A program made the position numbers and the translations under genes. The notes under the pieces were generated by a model. That model did not search any database, was not told the DNA's origin, and saw only the letters and a list, made by a program, of their open reading frames with translations. A DNA stretch of 63,808 nucleotides, the filler included, from Klebsormidium nitens (Eukaryota > Plantae > Klebsormidiophyceae): NCBI GenBank assembly GCA_000708835.1. It is 6 parts of 6 records of this genome, joined end to end, with 100 filler letters (N's around TTAATTAATTAA, not from the genome) between each part and the next. Parts side by side here need not be neighbours in the genome. Positions count along the whole stretch, not along the records: positions 6,058 to 32,114 come from DF237831.1; 5 more parts are not named here. One strand, 5' to 3'. The number at the start of each line of letters is the position of its first letter. Positions within the stretch are counted from its first letter, which is position 1. Positions 12,001-24,000 of the stretch are shown piece by piece.

Positions 12001-12341
12001 AAGTCGACCCACCGAATCATGTAAAAGTCTATGCAGAGCGAGTCAAAGCGTTGAAAATACAAGCTTGCGTGCCTATACACTGACAGAGCGTGGCGCCGGC
12101 TTCAGGAGTAACTTCCGGATACTTCCTGATGGTATAAAATAGCCTCGCTATCCTAACTCAACCGACCCAACTCATTTTGGTCTCATATGCGCGCCATCCT
12201 CCTTGATGCAAGCTCGGCACGGCGTCTGTTTATGGTACTACTTGTTAATCGCAGAAGTTAGCGCGCACTTGGGTATTCGAACAGACTCAAAGCCGGGACC
12301 TATGAATAGAACGCCGGACCCGCAAGGCACCATTTTGCTTG

Positions 12342-15300
12342 TTACTTCGGCGCCGGAGCGGGGACTTTCGCCGCAGTCGCGTTAGTCGCTGTGGGGGTCA
12401 CAAGCGTGGCGTTGGTATTGGCTGGAGCGAAGGCAGCAGTGGTCGTGTTAACCCGGAGGGAGTTGAAGTAGAAGGCGGCGAGGGGGCTGCCCAGCGTGTT
12501 ATTCAGGGCGAAGCTGGTGAGGTTGAAGAGGGAGCGGGAGGCCGGGGCGGTCGCCTGGAAAAAAGGCAGGTAAGCAGAATGGTTACAGAGCGTGAAGTTG
12601 AAACCGCAGGTCCGAAGGATCCATCATGGTATACATGCTTAGCTTTTTAAGCTTCTGCTTCAGGGAATATATTGAGAGAGTTACAAGCTCGCTATCCGCC
12701 GGCAGATTTGGGTCTTCTGACGCCCTATCAGGAGCCAATCTTTGGAACAAGGTTGATAGGCAAACCCGAACTTGTGCTTTCTGCACAAAACCCTTCGTTC
12801 TATTATAGAGTAACTCACGTTAGAAAGCCTCCCTTGGCCGTACAGGACGAAGGTGTAGCGGTGGAGTCCCGTCGGGGGACCCGGCGGCGCGTAGGTCTGA
12901 AGCACGTTGCCTCCAGTGACGTTCACAATGTCTGCAGGATCATGAGCATGACGTCAGCCCCGAGAGCACGCCCCAACACGTGCGGACAAGAACAAAAGGT
13001 GCGTCATGCTCTAGCAGGACCGTTTCGACGGTCAGGACTTAGTCAGCAAAGCTGAGGGTGCAACCAAGCCGCCCGCTGAGCTTACGTGCAAAGTTCACTT
13101 CGATCGAGGGTCGCACCGTGATACCATATGAAGGCAAGACTGGCACCTTCTCGAGGAGGTACTTATTCTGCTTAGCACTTGGAAAAGCTCAACAGAAGGT
13201 ACTGAACGCTGAGAATACTGATCTTTGAGCGGCACTGATCAGGAGCGACCTTTCTCCAAGAATACTTGGAAGCATGAAACGGATCTTCGGAAGCAGAGGG
13301 AGGCGAAGTGGGACGGCTCTCAACAAAAAGAAAACCGAAAGTGTTTAAAAAGGGGAGAGCTCGTAGCCCCAGCAGGGAAGGGTGCGATGTGGACGGACGC
13401 TACGACGAAATTCTCGTCGCAAAAACACGCTCAGTGGAAATGATTGTCAGGTTTATCGGCATTACAGTCAAGGAGAGGTGTTCAGACGAATGCCAAACCT
13501 GCAGGAGATATCAAGCTTCAGCTTCTTAGGACATTGAAGTATATTCTCCGAAAGACGGTGAAGGATGTTTTGGGAATCTGCAACAGATATATCGCAAGCG
13601 AGGCAAACTAGAGGCGAAAACTCACTGGCGGTCGGGGTGTTGGTCGGAATGTTGACCTTCAGGTAGTGCAGGATAAGGGAACTGGTCGGCGTAGTCGGGT
13701 CGGGTGCATCAGGGTCCACAACGGCGAGCGTGAAATAGGGGAACGTCGAGTTGTAAATGGTGCCCGGGGCAATGCCCTGAGCATACACGGCGGGGGGGGA
13801 GGTTGCTTCGGCCGGGGCAATAATCTGGCCACTGAAGAAGAAAGAAAGGAATCTGCTTAGAATATGGAAACCAGGATAATACTTGGAGGTAACTGGCCGG
13901 AGCCTTGTCCTGAACAGAGGGGAGCGATTTCGGCCGCGGGCGCCGCTGAAGTAAACAAAGGTTGACGCAGGGCTAGTGGAAACGGCCACAATAACCAGAG
14001 AACAGAGCCCGGGGCAAGGCCCTGGCCGCATAAGGCGGGAGTGAGGCTACTTCGGCGAGTACGAGAGTTCTCAACAGATAGTCAATGTAAGGTTCGCCAA
14101 ACTAGACGCAGTATTTGGATGTTAGGCCCCGGGAGCACCAGGCCGGGTGCAGGCTAATGCGGACTGGTGCGAATTTGCCTACCAAATGGCCTACCAGAAA
14201 CAAAGATTCCATCTTGAGGCAGCGTAGCACTTGCAGTAATAACCAGGTTTTAGAACCAAAAATAATGTGGTAGAGGAAGGCGACTCTATCTGGGACGGCC
14301 ATTATTCTACTGCGTGAGGAGAGTGATGTAAGACATAGAAAAAGGAGTTAGCCATCAGGTTAGTGCCACGAGCATGGGCGGCATAACCCCAGGTCAAAGC
14401 AAAGAGGAGCCTCCGGACTGAGGTCTGCCAGTGCTTTCCCTGAGCGAGGTTAAGACAATTTATCCAGACTGTAGTCGGATGTCAAGCATGAGCACAGCTT
14501 CGTGCAAACGCAAAGCACAATTGAGTGCACTCTAAACCTCTTTCATATTCACCTTTCCTGTAGTAGGTAACATGATTGAAGAAGCTCTTTTAGAGCTTCG
14601 AGAGACATCGGAAGCGGGCCGGCACACTTACTATGACAGGGTGCCGTTCCCATAGGAGACATTGAGCCGGGCGAGGGGTGTGAATGGGGGCACCACCTGG
14701 GGGATCACCCTGCCCCTCAGCAGCTCTTGAACCTCGCTGCAGAACAATCGAAGAGAAGCAGAGTTTACACTTTAAAAACAGCTGAAAACAGATCAGCTTT
14801 CCACTTATGTTCCGCCGGGCTCTCGACACCTGGATTCTCTGGTCGGACAGCGCAACTGCAAGTAGACATCAACTTCCATACCCACATGAAAAAGGACCTT
14901 CAGATAGTTGGCCAACCACGATCGAGTGGCATCAACCAACTTTTGGAACATATCAACTACTCGATTAAAACCATAGCCCTGCCGTATGCTAGAGGCCTTT
15001 GCGGTCAGTCTTCAGGTGTAATCCGCGAATGGATGTTCCACTTGGAGCAGAGCCAGTTGATTGGACAGGTGAACCCGAAATAGTTTCATGCTTAGCACGT
15101 GGATCGAAGCTTTGGATGCATACGAGTAAAGTGGATAAGAAAAGTTGGTTTGACAATCTTCTACTTAGGTAGACAACCCATCCACGGAGATGCACATCAG
15201 AAACAGGGTTCAAAGGTGGACCTGAAAATGAGGTACCTTTATGGAGGGGTGAAAAGAGTGTGCTTAAAACGAGAACCCGGACCCAATGAGGAGCTCATCA

Positions 15301-18059
15301 AAAAGCCACGCTTCCAGTCGCTGCATAAGACGAGGCAAATCTGTAGTATTTACCTCATAATCACAAGGACTCAAGTTATTTCTTTCCTTTCAGTGCCTCC
15401 GCACCATGGAAAAAACAAAAACCTCGTGTTTGATTTGCAAAACGAAGAATCACGAGAGGAACACGAAAGGCTCGGACGAAATATACTACCTAAGCGCGAC
15501 TCAAATACTTCCCTCTAGCCTTAAAAAACGACCTAGCAGTTTGACTTTCACGATAATCCAATCATTCTGGAACCTCGATTGACAGCGGATACTCACACAA
15601 CATCTGGGGTCGAGTTGGTCGTCAGATTGTTTGCTCCAGCGGGCTGCGCGCGGAAGAAGTTAACCGCAACTGGGAGGCCCAACCCATAAGTTGCGGCGAA
15701 AGTCTTCGGCAGGAATCCGGAACGGGAGACACTGATGTTGCCAATCCTCGCGGTTGCGTTCTGCTTGTACAGCTGAAACACGTAGCGGTGCAGGCCGCTT
15801 GGGGGGGCAGGAGGCTGGTACGGGGCCAGGGGAACTCCGGTCACAGCGATGTCTGCCGAAGAGGAGAGAGTTATCGATTTTCGAACTTAGTTGAGATGGA
15901 TTTTTACAAAGGGCCGGCAGGCGTTGCCTCTGGAGCCCAAGGTGAGGTTTTGTCGGGTTTGTTGAGAGATGAGAAAGTGTCCTTTTGACCAAAGAGAGCA
16001 TGCACAGGGGAAATTTTGAGGAAGACATATGGAAGGCTCCACCAAACAAGCTGAGTCCCTTAGTCGATGTAGCCTTGACGAGGATTTATGAAGCTGAATT
16101 ACGTACAAGCAGTTGCCATCACGTTTGCCAGAAAGTGGCATAGCGGCGGAAGTCGCTTGAGCAACTTCCTATCAAACACATACCAACAACCGGGCAACGC
16201 CCCTACCACAAAGCACAATCCAACAGGAAAGCTAGCAACGCAGGAAGAAATTGGGTCCACTGAAAGAGCGATGCATTGCATGCAGATGTTTGGCCGAGCC
16301 CTCCCAAAAAATCTCTCAGGCATATTGCCCCTTCAAGAAGTCTTGATGAGCACCCAGATCAACGCTTTTGTGGCAGTCCGGGAGCTATTCTGTGGATACC
16401 TTCCGAAACCCACAATAAAAGTCGCCCTATAAGTGGCATCTCTCACTGCTACCAATCCACTAGCGCTATGGGGCATATTTGGAAAGGCGCCTCCCTGGAT
16501 CTTAATTTGACCTTACAAGTATATCACGGCGACTCAGACATGGGGAACTTACTGCTGGACGCTCCGCCAGTGATATTCACGACGAGGTAGTGCAGGTAGC
16601 TAGAGTTGGGTCCCGCAACTGACGGGTCCGGAACATCAGGGTCTGAGAGGATCAGAGTGTAAAGACTGGCAGGGTCACTCCCCTGCAGTGGAAGTCAAAA
16701 AGCTTTAGACTCTGAACTATACAGCAGATCCAACACACCTGATTCCAACCTGCTAAGCTCACTTTGCTTTCGTCCGACTAAGCCTCATTTTGCCATCAAA
16801 GTGTGCTCCATGAGTTGGATCACTCTAGGCTTGATTAACCAATGTTAGCTCTTTGTACTGACATCAGCTCTCAAGGTTCCCTCCCATGCTCCTTTCTTCT
16901 TGCATGTTCAAAGTTGCTGCCTCGACTATCTGCATAAGGGCCCTTCGGAAGGTAGCAACAAGAAGTAGCCGTGTCTGGTTGCTTCACATTCAGATGAGCC
17001 CAAAGATTCTGGTAAAAGTTCGTCAGCTGGGTGCTGAATGGACGTGGTGATTGCAGGGTCGAGATGGGAAAGGATGTCAGGGGGTAAAAAGTTGTGTGAC
17101 ATCGAGGAAGCGCTGACAGTAATTTTCGGATTGCTGCCCCACAGCAAAGGACTGATGACCATTTCAAATCTGACTAGAAGTAGATGATCTCCCTTGCCAA
17201 AGAAGCTCAGACAGGGGAACCAGACGAAGCGGAGCGAGTGATCTCACGTTGATCACATTGACAATGGGAGCTGCCTGGGTCTGGTTGACGGTAAGCTCGT
17301 TCCCATAGCCTACGCTGTTTACCCCACCATAGATGATGGTGAGGTTCTCAGCAGGAGACACAACACCGTTGACGACATCAGGGATGACACGCGCTGCCTG
17401 TAGCTGCAGCACGGGTGTGATTGGCACAGAACTGGAGAGATTGAAGAGAAAGAGAATGGTGAGTGGTACGTTTCGTAACAGTCAGGTGGGGAAGAAGAGA
17501 TCCAGAACCACTCCTTTGTATCACTTTCAAAATGAACCACCAAGAACACTAGAAACAAGCAGCAACCACCAAGCGGTTGCTGCGCAACATCATTTCAAAA
17601 CAATGCACAGCCAGAAGTCTTGAACAGCTGCACCATGATGTGACTAGCTGGTTTGTCGGTGGTTTTGAAAAGTGTGCCGCGTATATTCTGTAGCAGATCA
17701 TAAGTCTCCGAAGGACGATGTCCATTAAGATACTGATTAAACAAACACACCCCTCTTGCAAGTACAAGTTTCTGACTCATTGGCATCTTGATATCTCTCT
17801 GATTACCATGAGTACCATATTAATACTTTCAGATCTCTGAAGAAAAAGTGCTTGCAGGACTTGGAGAAACAGTCCACACACTATGTTGCACACATGTTTA
17901 CAAGTATTATCCAAACATCTTAAAGACCTGGAATAAATGTTAGTTCACTTCCACCACAGAAACCTTGGCTCCTCACCTAACCAGCTGCTGAGCTGACACA
18001 CTCCTTGCCAACAGGACAATTGCTACCGCTAGAACAGCTGAAGTTGTCCCCCCGGCCAT
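12342..18059 (-). CDS. Secreted protein with two tandem PEBP domains, ~429 aa
   Basis: Exons 17977-18059, 17248-17431, 16553-16682, 15597-15852, 14632-14736, 13626-13831, 12819-12931, 12342-12554; all GT-AG and phase-consistent (1290 nt). Signal peptide MAGGTTSAVLAVAIVLLARSVSA; motifs DPDVP/GLHRY and DPDAP/GLHRY. Confidence 0.9.
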
Positions 18060-21000
18060 GTCTGCAACTTGCATGCACACCACCTTTTCGACGCGAATGG
18101 TAACTTGAACTAGGTAGAACTTAGAAGGCGTGCTCAAAGTGGTGCTACAATTTGGTGCTCGCCACAGGGAATGAACTTGGACATGAACGACGGTGGGCTG
18201 TTGAATCTGGGGGAACGTACTTGACGAGGCTTCGAGAGGGGAAGAGCATGGATTTTATGCAGCACTGCATCTGCACAAGGTGCATGGCTAGTGCCTTCAC
18301 AATTTCCTGCGAAGTGCAATCATCAATGCACTGGTGACTGCATCCTGATCCCTCTCCTCAGGCGGAATCTTGCAGAGCGTGTTGATGTCAACATTTGGTG
18401 GAAGGAATCTGATTGTTGTGTCAAGGTGTCACTCTTCCTGGTCATGCACGATTACGAAGAGGTAGCCCGGTAGCGGAGGCCGGTGAACGGTGAACGATGG
18501 TTACTGGTAATTCTGTCTCTGCCAGCTTGGTTACTACGAACTACTAGGCCGGGCTGATGCGCCCCATGCACATCAAAATTCATAAACCTCGACACCCGGT
18601 AGTTGACACAAACAGCAGCGACGGTACAGCCTGCGGCCCCAACAACGGCGGGGGTAACGGTTGCCGACTCTGCCGGTCAAAGCCAATTTTTGCAACCGGC
18701 CAATTACATGGCGTACTGCCTGCTGCTACAGCCTGTGCTATCCCCTTCCCCTTGCCTCCGGGCCGGGCAGCCGGCCCGTCCAGGCGCGGCCCCGGCGCAC
18801 TTGGGGTCCTCAAACCATTACCGCCTACCTTTTTGGAGCCAAGCGCATCTCTCTTCGGTCTGGTTTGCGGAAAAGCGAATGAAATTAAAGGGCAGGACAC
18901 ACAAGCTGCCGACCAATGAACGGTGAGAGGACCTCGAACTTGGCAGGAGCCCACGTGTTCGGTCAAGATTTGCATGCAAGCAGTTAGGAACTGGAACCAG
19001 AAGATCTGCGGCCGAGATCTACCGATCTGTTTCGCACCAAACACTAAGATCTACCGGCCCTATCCTACGGTCTACCAGCACCAAATTACTCGCAATTTGT
19101 CGCAAATACATCTATTCCTTTGCCGAAACTTTTGCAAGTTTTGGTGCGATCGGATCGTACCAGGCCACCTACTAGGTAGCTAGGTTGCTGGGATTGGGAG
19201 TCGGGACTCCGAGGCCCAGGGCGCCTAGAACTTTCAACTTCACGGTGCAAAATTATTGCATCAATCACATGGCCAGTGCCAGGAGTGGTGCACACTGCAC
19301 AGGCTGGCAGTGGCAGTGGTGAACCTTGAAGTTGGTGGCACGGGGGCCATGGCGCCAAAAGCTGTGAATCAAGAAAGTGAGCTGGACTGCAGCTTGGTCC
19401 TCGGAGCATGGTCTGAATGGCGGTCGATGTTGCGACTGGACGAGCAGTGAGCGCATCAACGAGGCTGCTTCTGCAGGTTTATGCTCATCACAACAGCCCT
19501 GCGAAGTAGATCTAGACACAGGAGTGTAAGGGGACAGGACCAAGGGTCATTTAAAGGAGGAGCTGGCGGCAAGCTCTCATGCACATGGCTTGCAGCAATA
19601 TTTAGACGCGAATCACAATTGGGGGTCTGTTCTGTACTTGCCTCATGAAGGCGTGATTTGCTCACCAAGTGAGCGGGTTTTGCCTGATTGTGTGCTTTAC
19701 TTGCGATGGTTCAGTGGTACAGGCTGTGATAGCACAGTGGTACAGGCTGTTGTAGCTTGATGTCAGGGGCACACTTGAAAAGACGCCATTCATCTGAGCA
19801 GCAACCATTTGTACACAGCCTGTAATTGAATCAGTGCATGCACTGGGGAGCTTCGGCATCAGAAAGCACGGTTCCTTAAGCACTTTCATAGAGGGTCCTA
19901 AAAGGATTCAAAATACCTATAATTGAAAGTCATCAGCTCAAGCACTGGAGCCCTCTTGGGGAGGAAATGCAGATCAGGCTAGACTATGAGCCGCAATGAC
20001 AGATCAACTCCTGGAAACAATCTAGAAAAATGGTTGAGGCTAAGGCTGCTGAATTCAGTTGTTCACGCAGAACTTGAATAGAACCTAGATCTCGGGGCTT
20101 CTAAAGACAATGATTGGACAAGACTACTGGAGGGTTTTGCAGGCTCGCTAGAGCGCTTCTGTCAGATGAGGTGAGGTCTTTGAGGATTTGCATCAGGAGA
20201 TTGATTAATGCTCTTTTTACTATTTCAAGATGTCAAAGGACCATTTAGTGTAAACTTTTTTTAGTTTACACTCTACTTCTATCAGAGCTGCACAACAACG
20301 CGTCAAAGAAGAGAATGAAGAAAGAGAGTGTCACAAAAACCATTCTTGGGACCCTCATCAGCTTAACTGCTTTTACTAGGTGGTTTTGGACACACGTAAA
20401 CCACCAATTCCCAGGACATCAATCCCCCCTTGATCTGAGCTGAGCTCTGATGTTCCATGTACAAGTTGCGGTGATGGATTGGTGTCATTGTCAGTTGCTT
20501 CCGTGGATCAATGGCGTTTCTTGATCATAAAGTTTGATTCATATGTAGCAATCCATGCGTCTGTTAGGAATGAGATCTCACAGCAGTCCTTGAGTACGGT
20601 TCTGAATTGCAGTGAATTCGTAGATCTGCATAATGGGTGCATCAAGCAGCCTTGAGCAGTAAGTTTGGGTGCCTGCACCACAGATTGGCAGGTTGCTTAT
20701 GATCGGATTTAGGGAGTGGTTTCTTCCTGCATCCACCCTTATATTGCCTCGCATTTGCCACCTGCAGCGTCTGGTTGCAAGGATATCCAATGCACTAAGG
20801 CCAATCTTAAAGGTCTAGGTGTGGTACTGTTCAATGCAAAGCTTTTTGCTTTCATTGATATCAATCTTTGAGACCCAAATCTTGATGATGTCATGTTTTT
20901 CACATAGTTCTGGACCACTGCAAAAGTTGTTGCACTGCCTGTTTACTGCAGGGCTGCCATAGTCCTTGCGGACTTGCATCTATCTGAACAAGATGCTCCT

Positions 21001-21091
21001 CACTTTGTCCACTCAGACCATCTTGTCAATGCGCCGCACACAGGGGAAGTTTTTGGTTGTTCTAAACCTGCGCCATGATCTGCAGGCATTG

Positions 21092-24000
21092 ATGACCGAG
21101 CGCATTTCCCCAAGACCCAGTGCGGAAGCACGAGTGCCGGCCCCTGCTGCCAGCATGCCCCCTTCCTCTCCCCTTCAGGGGATGCCTCCCATGCAGCAAT
21201 CGATCCCCCTGGGAGACATGACAGAACTCAGTGGGCCCCTGTCTTCAATCTGCCTCCCCTCAATTGCTACAGCAACGTCTCCCCTAGACTACATTGACGG
21301 GCTTCCATCTGACAAGAAGGAAGGAGAAGAGGTGCTCCAATATGAGCAGCAGGGATCGGGGAACGCTGGCAAGTCTGAAACCGCCGATTCTAATCTTCGA
21401 GGGGGGGTGGAAGTGAAGCTGGGGCAGAGTGGCATGCCAGAGGGGGATAAGCTGGCGGAGTTAGACTTCCTTCGGCAGAGCATTGAGAGTTACAGGTAAG
21501 CCCGCTGATCAGTGGCAAGTCTAGATTTGTTGCTTCCCTGTGTCTCTTTCTTTGAATATGTCAGCAGTCGTGGTTTCTCCTCAGAGCCCAGTTTTACAAG
21601 CGAGGACTCCAGAATATTCTCCATGGTTCTGCACAGACCCTGCTTGTCGGACCTGCACATTGGGCGCGTGCTTCATCAGCATTGGATGGGATTAGAGAAT
21701 CGTGCTTTACTTCATTTTGCCCCATGTTCGAATCTCAGCAAAAGTCATTTCCTGGGAAGGAACGCCCTGATCCAGAATCTAAATTGAAGCTAGACGTTTA
21801 TTTTGAAAGTACAGCTGAGATCTTTATTGCCCTCAATCCTTTCCACGCACCGCCCGCAGTTCACCATTTTTGGTTGCCGGGGCACTCCGCAGGGCACCAG
21901 ACAAACCTGAACAAGCAAAACTCTGAGTAGTGCACTCTTTTCACCCATTCAGGGGCCCACATGGGGAGCGCTTGCAGCTCGTCCCAATCGCGTCTGGTGA
22001 CGGCGCAAGTGTTACTTTGGGGATCAATGTCACTGGGGAGGAAGCAGAGCCGGCAGCCGCAGAAGCCGCTCCGGGACCGAGCCTCAGCCTCTCACCTCCC
22101 GCTCCGGGTGTCCCTTCTGCCGCTGGGGCGTTTGGCTTGGATGCAGAGACAAGTGAAGGGTTCCAGGGTTTGGAGGTTCCGAGCATGGTCCCGGTAGAAG
22201 CTACCGGGGGTTTAGCGTCGGGCACCGGCGGTGCCAGCTTTTCCGAGGCGTATGATGTGAACAGCGGAGTGCTCGCTGGGGCAGATATCAGTGGTCCTGA
22301 TGTACTGGGGGGGAGCTTCAGCCCTGGGGGATTGGCACCACCCACCCATCAGGAGTCGACTGCTGCTGTGGTTGAAGACTGCGGTGTCCAGAAGCCCGGG
22401 GTGGTGCTGGAAAACCCCCCTCGGCGGCGCAGGAGCGGCGGGTTTGCCCGGAAGCGCAGCAGGTTTGGGGAAGGGACCAAGGGGGCACGTCCGGTGTTGG
22501 GGAGTATGGGTGCGCCGTTTGGGAGCCGCGAACTGATTGGTGAAAATGAGAACCAGGTGGTGGTTGATTCTGGCGGGGTCAGTGGTCAGCAGGGGGGCCT
22601 GGGCCAGTTCATAACCCCTGGTCAAGTGCAGGGTGTCAACGAAACCAAGGCAGGGGAGGCAACAGAAGGAGCGCTTGGGGAATCTGGGGTGCAGGCCGCA
22701 GCGGTCGATGAAGAGAACAAGTCGTTGATGCATGGGATGGAGGCGGCGTTTGGATCCACGGAGAGTTTGCCGAGCGCATTTGAGAGAGTGCTTCAGAACC
22801 AAGCTCTGTCCGAGGCTCAAGATGAGCAGGTGAGTGGTCCGGGTCTCAGAATGAACCTCTACGGTGCCGGGGGGGTAGGTCCAGTCTGCGAATGAAAAGT
22901 CGGCAAGAAGGCTTCAGAATTATGAGCTCTTCTCTTGGTCAAAAAAGAAATTGCTTTGACCTGGAGAGTCTTTGGAGAAATGTTCTTCCTGAAGGGATTG
23001 CAAACACCAGACAAGATATTCGGAGGAGGACGCACTTGTGTTTGGTGGACGATCTGGATGTATCTTTGTGAGTAACAAGCTTCATCCCGAGGGAACCCGT
23101 GATTTGGGAGCGCCCGTTCAGTGCAAGGCAAGACCTGCTTGTTTAAGAAAGGTCACAACTTTCTTGAAGGCAGCGGATCCGGACGGTCTGCCAACACAAC
23201 CTGTCGAGCATACAACTGGAAAAATGGCCTTTTCTTGTAATCACTCTACCCACTCTTTGGTCGCAGGGCCAACCATACCCCCCGCTGGAACGAACTAGTT
23301 CTGGGGGTCCCGTCCTGGGGGGCCCAGCAGGCAGCATTGCCCCCCTGGGATGGGCCGCCAGCATTTGGCGCACCCCCTCCCCCATCCCCTGGCCCTTTAA
23401 CCTCCCCCCCACCGCGTCTCCTCCCGTTTCCCCCTCTAGTCCCCGCTCTTTCGACTCTGGTTTCGGCCACCTGGGCTTTCTCTCTGGCCCGCACCCCAGT
23501 TTCCAAGACCTGATGCGCCAGAACAGTCTAGAGAATGAGGTCCTCTCACCAATCTGGCGACCGGGAAGCGCTCTCCAGGCGACTTTGAGTGGGGGTTTTG
23601 AGAGCGGTTTTACGTCGGGTCAGGGTCTAACTCGGCAGAGCAGCTTGGAAGAAGGCACGGTCTCCCCCAGTTGGCGGCCCGGGTCTGCTTTTCAGCCCGT
23701 CTTCCCGAGCGGTCAGGTGCCCGGTTACGCTAACCTCCAGGTTCCGTCAGAGGAACCTGACAGCAAGAAGAAGGTGACGCAGGTGCCCGGTTACTATCCT
23801 GGGTTACCCCTAACTCAGGAGAGTCCAGAGGGGTCCCCACGTGGAAGGTTGGCAGCCGGATCGGGGGCTGGGTCAGCACCCAACCCGGGGCAGGTCATTG
23901 CTCGCCCTAAGGCGATAACTCCCCAGGTCCCGTTCACGTTAGAACGGGTTCTGGCGGCTCAACAGCACTCGAGGGTGTCTGAAGAGGTGGGGGCACCCCA

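Noticed and set aside
14000-14200. Extra candidate exons inside the PEBP gene intron
   Set aside because: Phases do not fit; the 14632-to-13831 junction already gives a continuous domain.
12342-18059. Assigning FT/TFL1/MFT as the gene symbol
   Set aside because: The signal peptide, two domains and divergence do not support orthology without a phylogeny.
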